A DNA stretch of 64,000 nt from the IMG/VR virus record IMGVR_UViG_3300014697_000001, positions 186,516 through 250,515 of that record; one strand, written 5' to 3'. Below, piece after piece: positions 10,008 through 19,331 of this stretch; position 1 is the first letter of the stretch; each line of letters opens with the position of its first letter. A program made the position numbers and the translations under genes. This DNA is from a virus (taxonomy: Duplodnaviria; Caudoviricetes). The notes beneath the pieces were generated by a model. It was given only the letters and a program-made list of their open reading frames with translations. It made no database searches and had not been told where the DNA came from.

Positions 10008-10390
10008 ACAATAGGGTCCATATTGGTATAGGTGTTCATTTCCGCATCTGATCTAAGGGGGGTGGAAATGGGCCAGTAGAGTTCGTTCTGTGTAGTTAAT
10101 ATCTGGGGGGTTTGGAGACTACTGATTTGCGATCCTGTAGCGTAGCGTAAGGGAGACAAATCATCATTGCTGGTGCTCTTAAGAGGGCTTCGCCCTCTAT
10201 ATACACTAAGTAAAACATATAACCATACCATTAATGGATACCGTAATTTATTACGATCCATCGGTAAGTTCAGGACCGACTGAGATCAGCGTGAGCGAGA
10301 TCGAAGGAGGAGTTCTCCCAACTTACCAGCTTCGGGCTGGTTATTTATGTTGCTTCACTGAAATCGTATGGACTACTTACCGGAGTGATC

Positions 10391-11041
10391 ATGAATACAT
10401 TAATCTTAAGTTCCGAACAAGAAAGACTGAAAGGACGTTTTCTACGGGTGTTGGGTAGACCACTCCTTAAAGGCAATGTGAACCTTGGGTACTTTGGTGA
10501 ATTCACCGCTGATGAAGTTATCCATGACCCCACGCTAGTCAGCACCCTGGGACTGACAGCAGGAACTGCACAATGGAACAATGAGAAATGGCTTGGGTTT
10601 AGTTACAGGGGTCGACGGCTTCTAGTCGCTAAGAAACCCAAACGGAATTTCATTTCATGGAATGACCTCAATGCCCGTGGTCTGATCTTTGGCCGAGACC
10701 TGGTCATTAAAGGACTCCCTGCTAAGTGCCGGGTCTTGACCGGTGGTAACGGCAATCCCTCAACTGCGGCGGGAGGCGAATACTCCGCACTGATTGCCAG
10801 TGTGTCCGAATCCACCAATGGTGAGTTTGCCCAATTTACTGCCGCAGCACTGGGGATGGGACCTACACACGCAAGCGAGAATCCAGGTCGTGTAACGATT
10901 TGTCAAGAGACCGGAGTTGATCCACTGAACCGCGTGACGCGCGGGTCTTCGGGCCAAGGTATCATGGCTTATTTCAATCACCACGCCGCTACACTTGCTA
11001 ACGAAGCCACTGGCTGGCGCCCTGTGATTGAATTCACCTGA
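10391..11041 (+). CDS. Virion tail-associated protein, phiKZ gp131-family (C-type lectin-like fold)
   Basis: Motifs GYFGE, WLGF, VAKKP, ISWNDL, CQE, RG and C-terminal GWRPVIE are characteristic of this paralog family. Confidence 0.7.
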   Translation: MNTLILSSEQERLKGRFLRVLGRPLLKGNVNLGYFGEFTADEVIHDPTLVSTLGLTAGTAQWNNEKWLGFSYRGRRLLVAKKPKRNFISWNDLNARGLIFGRDLVIKGLPAKCRVLTGGNGNPSTAAGGEYSALIASVSESTNGEFAQFTAAALGMGPTHASENPGRVTICQETGVDPLNRVTRGSSGQGIMAYFNHHAATLANEATGWRPVIEFT

Positions 11042-11081
11042 TCACTCCTTTCTGTATTATCTGGTTGCGGGGAAGTAAACC

Positions 11082-11429
11082 ATGAGCCTACAGGGTAGCT
11101 ACACTGTCGATGAATTGATTGAGTATGCTAACGGTAAGCCTGTCATCACCCTTGACTTGAATGAACTGAAACACCAGTACCCGCATGACCGAATCAGCAA
11201 GAAGCGCCTGGAGCGGATCGTCATTGATGGCTTCCCGATTATCGTCAAGCGCCATGCTGAAGGCTACCTGTACACCCTGGATGGGTTTCATCGGGCGTAC
11301 AAGGCCATCAAGGAAGGACGTAAGACTATCCAGGGAGTCTTGTTAAGCGACAAAGACATCGAGATCCTGAAGAAAGCCACTCGACCCCGGACGTTTGTCG
11401 AACATAAACCCCCTTCATTCAAATGGTGA
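11082..11429 (+). CDS. ParB/Srx-like N-terminal domain protein with C-terminal PPSFKW tag
   Basis: PIIV...Y.LDGFHR..KA...G signature. Confidence 0.75.
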   Translation: MSLQGSYTVDELIEYANGKPVITLDLNELKHQYPHDRISKKRLERIVIDGFPIIVKRHAEGYLYTLDGFHRAYKAIKEGRKTIQGVLLSDKDIEILKKATRPRTFVEHKPPSFKW

Positions 11430-11435
11430 CCTGAC

Positions 11436-11849
11436 ATGTTCAATGTATTCGTATCACTGGAAGACGTACTGGCTCCGATAGGAGAATCCAAGGCACCTGT
11501 CGTTGGGATGCAGGTGGGTGACTGGGACGATAGCTTCATGAGCACGGTCAATCAGATTGTGGATCTAGGCTATGCGATCAAGGTCATTCCGACTGGTAGT
11601 GCGGTGTCGGCAGAAGCCCTGAATCCTTTGACCAAGGTGATGGAACCTGATGATGGCGAGCCCATGAGCGAACCTCAGGTGGTGTTCTATTACAAGGGCA
11701 AGGGTGCAGAAGACATCTTGGAAGGTATTCCTGTTCTGACTGTCTCTGAGGGCAAGGTCCAGGTCAGTCACGAGGGCCGTGTAAAAGAATTGGCTGAATA
11801 CCTGGGGATGTTGGATCATGAGGGGCCGGACGATGAAAACCGTTATTGA
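11436..11849 (+). CDS. Acidic hypothetical protein with several S-x-E sites (possible head protein)
   Basis: 137 aa; contains SLE, SAE and SHE motifs. Confidence 0.7.
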   Translation: MFNVFVSLEDVLAPIGESKAPVVGMQVGDWDDSFMSTVNQIVDLGYAIKVIPTGSAVSAEALNPLTKVMEPDDGEPMSEPQVVFYYKGKGAEDILEGIPVLTVSEGKVQVSHEGRVKELAEYLGMLDHEGPDDENRY

Positions 11850-12147
11850 ATGGTCGGTGGTGGCTGCCATCCTGTTCATGGCAGTGTTTCCCTACATTGG
11901 GTATTACCGTGATAACAAGACGCTGAAGAACAGCCTCTACGACAATGGAGCGGGGTATATGGAAGTGTTCTTGAGCGCTGTCAAACACCGCTTCTTCGAG
12001 GTCATGGGGACCTTGGTGTTGTTGTTCTTGCTGTGTGCGTGGTCGGTGGTCATTGCACTGGCTTGTGCAGTCTACTTTACAGCTGTCGCTTTCGCGGCGA
12101 TATACGCGCAACGGCAGGGTTATAAAACGCGGGAGCTGGTGGATTGA
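11833..12147 (+). CDS. Small membrane protein
   Basis: Two to three hydrophobic segments. ATG 11833 follows GAGGGG. Confidence 0.7.
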   Translation: MKTVIEWSVVAAILFMAVFPYIGYYRDNKTLKNSLYDNGAGYMEVFLSAVKHRFFEVMGTLVLLFLLCAWSVVIALACAVYFTAVAFAAIYAQRQGYKTRELVD

Positions 12148-12210
12148 TTCGAACATAGGGGAGGGGCGACTGCCCCTCCCCGTTATGCCGCTTGCATGAA
12201 AATTCGATTC

Positions 12211-12245
12211 GAAATAATTTCAACCCTACATAGTACTCGTGACAT
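12211..12245 (+). promoter_or_regulatory. Early-type phage promoter
   Basis: AATAATTTCAACCCTACATAGTACTCGTGAC, following a terminator hairpin at 12155-12190. Confidence 0.65.
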
Positions 12246-12293
12246 GGCAGAATAATCTACCTGTCTAACCATGATCTATCTAGGAGATCCACC

Positions 12294-12668
12294 ATGAGCA
12301 TCGCCACTATGAAAGCCGAACTGACCGCCGCCGTTGAGAACGTGGTTGCTGGCCGTAAAGTTTCAGACCTTCTGAAAGACCGTGCCAACCGCCTGCTGGC
12401 TGTGAGTTCCAAGTACTACAACGAAGAGACCCTCGATAACGACATCATCGAGAAAGTCATCGAGACCTTCAAAGCCAATCCGGAGTTGGGTAGTCACGAC
12501 ATGACTGTGGTCGATGGTGTCATCTATCCGGTCATGATGGATGAGGCAGAAGGCAATCAGGTCATCGATCAACTCGGTGAAATGCTTGACCTGTACGAAC
12601 CTCATCAGTCTGCTACTCTGGCCTTTGTCATCCGCTGGACGTCGGAAGGTTACTTCAAAGCTGCATAA
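12294..12668 (+). CDS. Hypothetical early protein
   Basis: 124-aa ORF with AGGAG RBS. Confidence 0.8.
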   Translation: MSIATMKAELTAAVENVVAGRKVSDLLKDRANRLLAVSSKYYNEETLDNDIIEKVIETFKANPELGSHDMTVVDGVIYPVMMDEAEGNQVIDQLGEMLDLYEPHQSATLAFVIRWTSEGYFKAA

Positions 12669-12740
12669 CCCTTCCTCAACCGCTGCACCCAGGGTAGGAC
12701 GTCCTACCCTGGCTACCCCATTCCCGTAAGGAGCTTTACC

Positions 12741-13130
12741 ATGAACTTCGCTACCATTATCGACACCATCGACATGTTGATCATCGTCGCTACCGTGTTG
12801 TTCGTTTTTATCATCCCACCGATCAAGGGCTATCCGAAAGGTGAAGCTCTCACCGCCCAGAATCTGAAGGAGTTCTTCCTGGGCTATGCGTACGGTTACA
12901 GCCAGTCGGTCTACAAAGGCTTTGTCAGCAACGGCAAGCTGCGGATCGGTCGTACCCTGTTCCAGATCGCATTCACTATCGGTGTCTACCTCATCGGCCT
13001 TGAACTCTATGCTGCCGCTCAGGTGATTATCATCGCCCTGGCCGCACCACTGAGCCTTTTCCCTGAACCGAAACTCTCGGCAATGGAGAAAGTCATGCTG
13101 GATCTTGATATCTCCATGAAGGTCCACTGA
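12741..13130 (+). CDS. Membrane protein
   Basis: 129 aa, about three hydrophobic helices, AAGGAG RBS. Confidence 0.8.
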   Translation: MNFATIIDTIDMLIIVATVLFVFIIPPIKGYPKGEALTAQNLKEFFLGYAYGYSQSVYKGFVSNGKLRIGRTLFQIAFTIGVYLIGLELYAAAQVIIIALAAPLSLFPEPKLSAMEKVMLDLDISMKVH

Positions 13131-13216
13131 CCGACGGCATAGAGAGGGAGCGCAAGCTCCCTCTCTTAGCTGTTTCTTTTTTTCTAATCCGTAAAGAAAT
13201 ACGACAACGACTCATA

Positions 13217-13324
13217 ATGTGGTCGACCTCAATACATCAAAAGGAAGCAGCTACTCACTTAGGGATTAACCGCTCCACTCTTGCTAGCCGACTCAGTAGG
13301 CAGAAGAACAGTGGTATCAAATGA
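13217..13324 (+). pseudogene. Remnant of an HTH (NUMOD1/Fis-like) domain, probably a decayed homing endonuclease
   Basis: 35-codon frame MWSTSIHQKEAATHLGINRSTLASRLSRQKNSGIK, lying between two terminators. It resembles the C-terminus of the GIY-YIG protein at 48941 (EVAAKSLGLSRPTVRKRL). Confidence 0.55.
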
Positions 13325-13372
13325 CTCGGCATAGAGAGGGGCGTGACGCCCCTCTCCACTACTTTTTCTTTG

Positions 13373-14200
13373 TCATCTCCGGGACCCAACAGTATAGCGT
13401 AGGAGTCTGCGATGCTGATCGCGGTTTGCCATCACCCCGCGCTTGCGCCATTCATCCCGCAGGTATTCCTTGTACATTGTGGCAGCGTCGGCATAGGAGT
13501 CGACGACTTCACGAATCCGGCCCAGCGAAGCACCGCCTCGGATTGCACCTTCGTCCAATGGAATGATGGTACGGTTGTAGATGTACGCCTTGGTAGCCAG
13601 AATGCACAGTTCGGAGAAAGCATCCGAATAGCTCATGGGGAGGTTAGCGAGGTTCGGATCGTGGGCAACCATACAGCGCAGGTACATAATGCCTGGCACC
13701 CGGTTCATGTTGGTGACCATGACCACGTTATCTGCTACCAGTGTGCAGTACGCCGACTGCACCTGTGTCCAGGCGGCATTCGACTGCATGAGCCCGGCAG
13801 CCGCTTCCAGTACCATCGAACGGTCTTCGGAGATCACCCCAACATTTCCGAGAGTATGACCTTGACCATAACTGAGTCCATAGACTTCGGTGATGCTTCG
13901 CCCTTGAGTCAGTTCTTTATCGATGGTGTAGACCATTGTCCAGTTATCGACCCGCTCACTCTTGACATTTAGCATCGGGATGAACACCTCAACCCCCGAA
14001 CAGAGGTTGATATCGATCATCACCTTACCCTCAATGATCTGGCGACGAATGATGGTGTCCATGCTGACGCCGGTGCTGTAGTCGCGAATCAGACCATTCT
14101 TCGACGGGTCATAGCGAGTCGGGGAAAAGGTGTAGCGCAACACTTCTGGCGGGATTTCAAACTTGATGGTGTCAAGTGCCCGCGATAGATGATCGACCAT
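13373..14200 (-). CDS. Conserved phiKZ-like protein near phuZ (likely late/virion)
   Basis: 275 aa from ATG 14200, with CAGGAG RBS and a TATG motif near 14230. Confidence 0.75.
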   Translation of the reverse strand: MVDHLSRALDTIKFEIPPEVLRYTFSPTRYDPSKNGLIRDYSTGVSMDTIIRRQIIEGKVMIDINLCSGVEVFIPMLNVKSERVDNWTMVYTIDKELTQGRSITEVYGLSYGQGHTLGNVGVISEDRSMVLEAAAGLMQSNAAWTQVQSAYCTLVADNVVMVTNMNRVPGIMYLRCMVAHDPNLANLPMSYSDAFSELCILATKAYIYNRTIIPLDEGAIRGGASLGRIREVVDSYADAATMYKEYLRDEWRKRGVMANRDQHRRLLRYTVGSRR

Positions 14201-14332
14201 AGTGGTCTCCTGTCTGTTTAAGAACCCATACACACGATTGGCCATTCAAATATTTCATGGACACACATTATCCATATGCTCGCGATCATAGCTTCATCAA
14301 CTAATCGCTCAACCCCAAAGAGGAAACACAAG

Positions 14333-15316
14333 ATGTCCCAAGGTCTTTCTACTCGTCCTGTCGGCCAAGTGCGTATCTATGCGTGTGGCGGTGGCGGCAT
14401 CAACATCGGTCGTGACTACCTGACCCCCGGTCATTCGGCAGACATTGCTGACTTCCAAGTGGCTTTCGTCGACACCTCCGACTCCAACCTCACCGACGGC
14501 CTGGAGAACAACACCTGGCTGTTCAAGGACCTCGACGGTTCCGGTAAGATCCGCAACAGCAACGACAAAGTAATTGCCAAGGCAGTGCCTGACATCCTGC
14601 GTAAGTTCGCTCCGGCTGACATGAACATCGTGATCTTCACGGCGTCGGGTGGTACGGGTTCGGTCGCCGGCCCGCTGATCCTCAAGCAGCTGCTGGAAGA
14701 CGGTCACCAGGCCGTCGGTATCGTCACCGGTTCTCACGAGTCCATCAAGACTGCCGAGAACACCATCGGTACCATCAAGTCGCTCGATGCCATCGGTCGC
14801 ATGACCAACAAGCCGGTGGTTATCCACTTCGGCATGAACCGTCCGAATGTGCCACGCTCCTCGATCGACCGTGAAGCCCACCTGATGATCAACGCCCTGG
14901 CAATCCTGTGCAGCCGCCGTAACCACGGCCTGGACACTGCCGACATCGCCAGCTTCCTGCAGTTCAACAAGTCGTCCGATATCCCGGCGTGCCTGGCTCG
15001 TATCCACCTGTTCGATGACATCGATCAGTTCGAGAAAGTCCTGACCGACCCGATCTCGGCTGCTTACCTCAAGCGCGAGCAGGATGATCCTCAGCCGAAT
15101 GTCTTCGTGCCTTACAGCTGCGATGGCTTCATGCCGTCGTTTGCTCAAACGTCGAAGAGCCTGTTCTTCGGTATCGAAAACCACTCCTTCGGTGCCCTGG
15201 CGCAGGAACTCGAAGGCCTGAAGAAGGAGATGGAGATGCAGCGTAAAACCCGCTCTCAAGCTGTCTCGTTCTTCAGTGACAGCGATGACGTGTCCACTAC
15301 CGGACTCGTGCTCTAA
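14333..15316 (+). CDS. phuZ: PhuZ tubulin/FtsZ-family spindle protein
   Basis: CGGGGINIG, VDTS, GSGK and tubulin signature SGGTGS, T7 loop LDTAD, acidic C-terminal tail. GAGGA RBS. Confidence 0.93.
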   Translation: MSQGLSTRPVGQVRIYACGGGGINIGRDYLTPGHSADIADFQVAFVDTSDSNLTDGLENNTWLFKDLDGSGKIRNSNDKVIAKAVPDILRKFAPADMNIVIFTASGGTGSVAGPLILKQLLEDGHQAVGIVTGSHESIKTAENTIGTIKSLDAIGRMTNKPVVIHFGMNRPNVPRSSIDREAHLMINALAILCSRRNHGLDTADIASFLQFNKSSDIPACLARIHLFDDIDQFEKVLTDPISAAYLKREQDDPQPNVFVPYSCDGFMPSFAQTSKSLFFGIENHSFGALAQELEGLKKEMEMQRKTRSQAVSFFSDSDDVSTTGLVL

Positions 15317-15384
15317 GCAATACACGACAGCGGGAGCAATCCCGCTGTCCTTATGCCGCCATCCCACATCTACGGAGACTCACC

Positions 15385-16087
15385 CATGTCCAAGCAAGAT
15401 TCCAACATTATCCTCGGCGTTGACGGTAAGCCGATGTACGAACTCGTCACCAAACCTCATCAGGAGCAGGCGTTCATTCATAAGCCCGTCTTCGGTAAGA
15501 TCAACTTGCTGCGTGTAGGTTTCCTGTCGCCGGTGCCGCCGCGTCATCTGAACAATGAGGCCTACATCCACGATTCCCGTCCGATTGCATGGCCACTGTA
15601 CCATCCTTACTGGATCGTCCGCATGTCTGACGATGCCAACATGCTGATGGCGTATGTCGAAGAAATCGAGCATGTCAAGCTGTACTGGCCGGAAGCAACC
15701 GAGGTGACCGTCTTCGAGGAGAACGTCACCCACTACTGCTTCAATAGTAACTTCCCTGAACCTATCTGGCTCAAGGACGTGCAAGACCCCAGTTTCCGGG
15801 TCGCACCACCCAAGACTGGCGCGTTCAAGATTACTGAACCTGAATCCGACCTGTCGATCATCGGCTTTAGCGACGACACCGATTACGATATTCAGCTCAA
15901 CTGCCACCAACTGGAATACGGTGTACATGAGCACGAGGCGTTCCAGCGCGAATACACCGACTGGACAGGACTCGAAGTCAACGTCTATGCGACCGAGACT
16001 CTGGAGGAAGCTGAAGCATATGCCCGTAAGCTTCTGAAGTTCGAGAATGCCGAAGACGGTAGCCTGCCTACCACCCTCCCACTCTGA
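15385..16087 (+). CDS. Fusion of a Trp/Pro-rich phage domain and an inactivated GIY-YIG-like domain
   Basis: N-part DSRPIAWPLYHPYW...YWPEA...FPEPIW. The C-part aligns by eye to the GIY-YIG domain at 48941 but lacks its catalytic residues. Confidence 0.7.
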
Positions 16088-16110
16088 CTGATAATGGATG
16101 GAGTTAAGTA

Positions 16111-16746
16111 ATGGATACCACCACCAGCAACCGCCCCACCTATGCTCAGAATGTCGAGCTGTATCGCCACCAGCTGTGGCTGAATGTATTGCGCCAATGC
16201 AGTCAATACCCTCACTCCAGTCGCCCTTCCCGTGAACGCTTCAACGCAAAGCTCATGAAGTACGCTAAAGGGGCCGGTAAGAATTACATGGACTTGTTCA
16301 ATTCCAGTAATGAGAAGGATCAGGACATTCCGGTTGGCTGGGCAGGCAAGAAACGCAAACAGATGATCCGCGAACAGGGACATTTCAATCTGGGTCGCAA
16401 AGCACCTCGTGTAAAACGTACGGTGGTAAAAGGCAACATCGCTCAACTGTCACTGGGTAACCGCTTGTCCATGTTCAAGTACATCCCAATTGAGCCCCTT
16501 GAACCGTGGACAGTCGATGACCTTCATCAGATCATCGACTGCCGCAATGGGAAAAGGGGTTGCCTGCATTTCATCGACAGCGGTATGAACACGATCCGTA
16601 CGATCGAGTACATCCGTGACCAGACCCTTGACGAATCTGAGGTCATCGCGCTGTGGTCCAGCATCTCGATCCCACGTACTCGTCCTGGTTCAGAAGGTGA
16701 GGTCCGACCGCTATTTCGTCGTCCTCATTTTCGCCAGCAGCAGTAA
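16111..16746 (+). CDS. Basic hypothetical protein
   Basis: 211 aa, Arg/Lys-rich, GGAG RBS. Confidence 0.75.
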   Translation: MDTTTSNRPTYAQNVELYRHQLWLNVLRQCSQYPHSSRPSRERFNAKLMKYAKGAGKNYMDLFNSSNEKDQDIPVGWAGKKRKQMIREQGHFNLGRKAPRVKRTVVKGNIAQLSLGNRLSMFKYIPIEPLEPWTVDDLHQIIDCRNGKRGCLHFIDSGMNTIRTIEYIRDQTLDESEVIALWSSISIPRTRPGSEGEVRPLFRRPHFRQQQ

Positions 16747-16781
16747 CAGACCCCCATACCACCCTTTCAAGGACTTTGTCG

Positions 16782-16985
16782 ATGTGTACCACATTTGAAT
16801 GTGAGCGTTGCGGTAACGCTGATTCCATTCATGCCACCCCACAGACTGGAATCGGGTATGAATGTCATCGCTGCAAGACCGGCGAATGGCATCACCTTTT
16901 TCAAGAAACCCGATATAGTTTCGAAATCCACGGTCCTGCTTTGAACAAGGTCAATCCTGACAATTCGTTCACCAGCTTCAGCTGA
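16782..16985 (+). CDS. Small zinc-ribbon protein
   Basis: CERC...CHRC; AAGGA RBS. Confidence 0.7.
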   Translation: MCTTFECERCGNADSIHATPQTGIGYECHRCKTGEWHHLFQETRYSFEIHGPALNKVNPDNSFTSFS

Positions 16986-16989
16986 CCCG

Positions 16990-17038
16990 GTATAGAGGGA
17001 GGACCTAGGTCCTCCCTCTTACTTTTCTTTTTATGCCG
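16990..17038 (+). terminator. Hairpin terminator
   Basis: AGAGGGAGGACC-TA-GGTCCTCCCTCT, then a T tract and TATGCCG. Confidence 0.8.
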
Positions 17039-17091
17039 CCTCAAATACCGGTAAAAACGAACCGCCCGTCCTTATCTTCTGAGGGGGGCAC

Positions 17092-17442
17092 ATGACCATC
17101 CATTTAAACGCACCCAGCGTGCTCATATTCGACGTTTTTGCTTTAACCGATACCCTAGATAGGGGTGGGGAGTTCTCGCCTCTGGCGTGGCAATACGTCG
17201 TCGAGAGGGATCTGGTGGTTTTGGGTAATCTGACCGTTGTATCCAGCTACCCGAAGTGCCCATCTCTGACTGAGCAGTATCGACTTATTCAAGCCCTGCA
17301 AGCCAGGGATAACATCAACATTATCTCATCAATAGGTCAGGTACTCATGGAGCACTTGGCACAGTACGTCATTTCGATTGAGATGACGACAACCGAACTG
17401 ATTGTGACCAAACGAAAACTGGTGACGGGAGTAGTCGTGTGA
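17092..17442 (+). CDS. Hypothetical protein, tandem-array member 1
   Basis: 116 aa, GAGGGGG RBS; overlaps the next gene. Confidence 0.7.
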   Translation: MTIHLNAPSVLIFDVFALTDTLDRGGEFSPLAWQYVVERDLVVLGNLTVVSSYPKCPSLTEQYRLIQALQARDNINIISSIGQVLMEHLAQYVISIEMTTTELIVTKRKLVTGVVV

Positions 17443-18041
17443 AGTTCATCATAGTACCCTTTACTGAGTTGCTCGCATACATTGAGAGCACCCTGGATTT
17501 ATGGCCACACGGTCACAGACTACCAGAAGACAAGCGAGAGCGTGACAATCAGCTGACCCTTGCAGCCGGTGAACTCTGTAAGAACCTGATACTGCAGTCA
17601 GTCAAACATATTCGCAATAAGCCCGATCCGCTGGTCCAGCTGTTGCATGACTTGGGGTATCCGATCAAGTCCTTGTCGACAGAAGAACTCGATAACCTGA
17701 TGATGGAGGTAGATGATCATTACATCTATCTTACGGTCCTGTTCGATGCGGTTGACGACAAGGTGCAGCCGTACCTTGAACGTAAGGTCTTCACCATGGT
17801 CGTTGAAGATGAGGACGTCCTCATTGAGGTGACCGGAGATTTGATCAACCAGCGGTATCAGGCTCTCAAGCGTCGCTTGAAGGACCGTACCCCGCCGAAG
17901 ATCGGAGAAGATGAACTCAATACGCAAGCCATGGCTGAGTACATCGACCGGATGGTGGGTGAAGTCCTTGGCTCGGTCCAATCACCGGCCATGCGCGACG
18001 AACTGAAGCTGATCTTCGACCAGGCCATTAAACGCTACTAG
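17439..18041 (+). CDS. Hypothetical protein, tandem-array member 2
   Basis: 200 aa, GTGA start/stop overlap, GGGAG RBS. Confidence 0.75.
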   Translation: MKFIIVPFTELLAYIESTLDLWPHGHRLPEDKRERDNQLTLAAGELCKNLILQSVKHIRNKPDPLVQLLHDLGYPIKSLSTEELDNLMMEVDDHYIYLTVLFDAVDDKVQPYLERKVFTMVVEDEDVLIEVTGDLINQRYQALKRRLKDRTPPKIGEDELNTQAMAEYIDRMVGEVLGSVQSPAMRDELKLIFDQAIKRY

Positions 18042-18060
18042 CGCCCTAGAGGAGACTGAC

Positions 18061-18501
18061 ATGGCTCGGTATCTACTTGGTGCCAGCGAGCTTGAGCAGA
18101 ATATTGAAGCAATTGTCAATGAGAACCTCGGTGTCTGTTTTGCAGCCGAGGTGACCAATGCCATGCAGCGTCTGGTTGATAGTTATAACCATTGCCAGAC
18201 CGATGAGCTCCTTGATCGACTGGCAGCGCCCTGGACAGACTGGCTTGAAGATTACGCCCCTCTTGACCGTATTGTTGAAAGCTTCACCCAGCTTGTGGAA
18301 AGCTGTATAAACCCCACCACCGACATAGCCGTGCTGGACTACTTGCCCAAGGAAGAAACACTTGTAGTCACTCAGCAACCTAAGCCCGCCCCAGACCCGG
18401 TTAAACACCTGAAGGACGAATACCAGCATGCGACCATGCAAGGTGATTTCTACCCCGAACGGATACGTAGGGCTCTCGACGAACTGGCTGCGTACATTTA
18501 A
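18061..18501 (+). CDS. Hypothetical protein, tandem-array member 3
   Basis: 146 aa, GAGGAG RBS. Confidence 0.75.
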   Translation: MARYLLGASELEQNIEAIVNENLGVCFAAEVTNAMQRLVDSYNHCQTDELLDRLAAPWTDWLEDYAPLDRIVESFTQLVESCINPTTDIAVLDYLPKEETLVVTQQPKPAPDPVKHLKDEYQHATMQGDFYPERIRRALDELAAYI

Positions 18502-18919
18502 GCCCACGCCGTACAAGTACTCACAAGTCACTGTTGATCCAGGCCCCAACACGGTCCGGTATGTGATGGTCAATTCTCCCATGGACCATGATGAGTTCAA
18601 AATCCTGTACAGGCGCCTGGGTAAAATTGGTGTCATGGTGCCAATGGCCGAGATGGCCAACTGCGCCATGTCAGGCCTGAACGTCCTTGACACGCCTGCG
18701 GGCATGGCTTGGACCCGTCTGGTAGCCAGGGATGAGTATGCCAGACGTATCGATGAGATTAAACGTATCACTGAGAGACTCCATAAAGAATTTCATGGAG
18801 TGTTGTCATCCCAACCTTTCGCCTACAAGGTCGTCGAATATTGCGACGGCCTGATGGTATTGGAGGTTCGCGCCCGTGTCGACTGGGATAAGCTCAATTG
18901 CTATAAGGTTGCCATTTGA
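18428..18919 (+). CDS. Hypothetical protein, tandem-array member 4 (start uncertain)
   Basis: Fills the gap between its neighbours and overlaps both. Confidence 0.6.
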   Translation: MRPCKVISTPNGYVGLSTNWLRTFKPTPYKYSQVTVDPGPNTVRYVMVNSPMDHDEFKILYRRLGKIGVMVPMAEMANCAMSGLNVLDTPAGMAWTRLVARDEYARRIDEIKRITERLHKEFHGVLSSQPFAYKVVEYCDGLMVLEVRARVDWDKLNCYKVAI

Positions 18920-19331
18920 TGAGGCATTTTGGACGCTCGGTGAAACACTGGCCGAACGTCTAGGTGCCTCGGCACTCCTTTATGCCGCAATCGCCTATTA
19001 CGTGTTCGATGATTCGTTCTTCGCCGAAGACATCATCGATCACAACCCCGAACTTGCCGAACCCATCGTGGCATGGATGGAAGATCTCTATTGCACGTTC
19101 GGCAATATCCTTTCCCAACTTCGAGTCTACTATGCCAAAGACACGTTTCATTCTGAATCGGAATCAACCTACCAGTTGCTCAAAGTTAACTACGTCAGTA
19201 CCGACGAAGACCTCTACGTCAGTGCCACCTGCGATCCGCGCTATTATCACCTTGGAAACCAGTGGCGAGTTCTTAGTGAACTTGACACATGTGTTACAGG
19301 CCAGCGGCATGTCGCTGGAAGAGCTATTTGA
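18876..19331 (+). CDS. Hypothetical protein, tandem-array member 5
   Basis: GTG start with GGAGG RBS; acidic. Confidence 0.7.
   Translation: MSTGISSIAIRLPFDEAFWTLGETLAERLGASALLYAAIAYYVFDDSFFAEDIIDHNPELAEPIVAWMEDLYCTFGNILSQLRVYYAKDTFHSESESTYQLLKVNYVSTDEDLYVSATCDPRYYHLGNQWRVLSELDTCVTGQRHVAGRAI

Noticed and set aside
10391-11041. Diversity-generating retroelement target (C-type lectin-like C-terminus)
   Set aside because: No template repeat or reverse transcriptase seen in the window.
13321-13566. Short ORFs crossing terminators (also 10234..10458, 9827..10261, and the 5' extensions of 43608 and 46717)
   Set aside because: They translate hairpin and T-tract sequence and lack an RBS.
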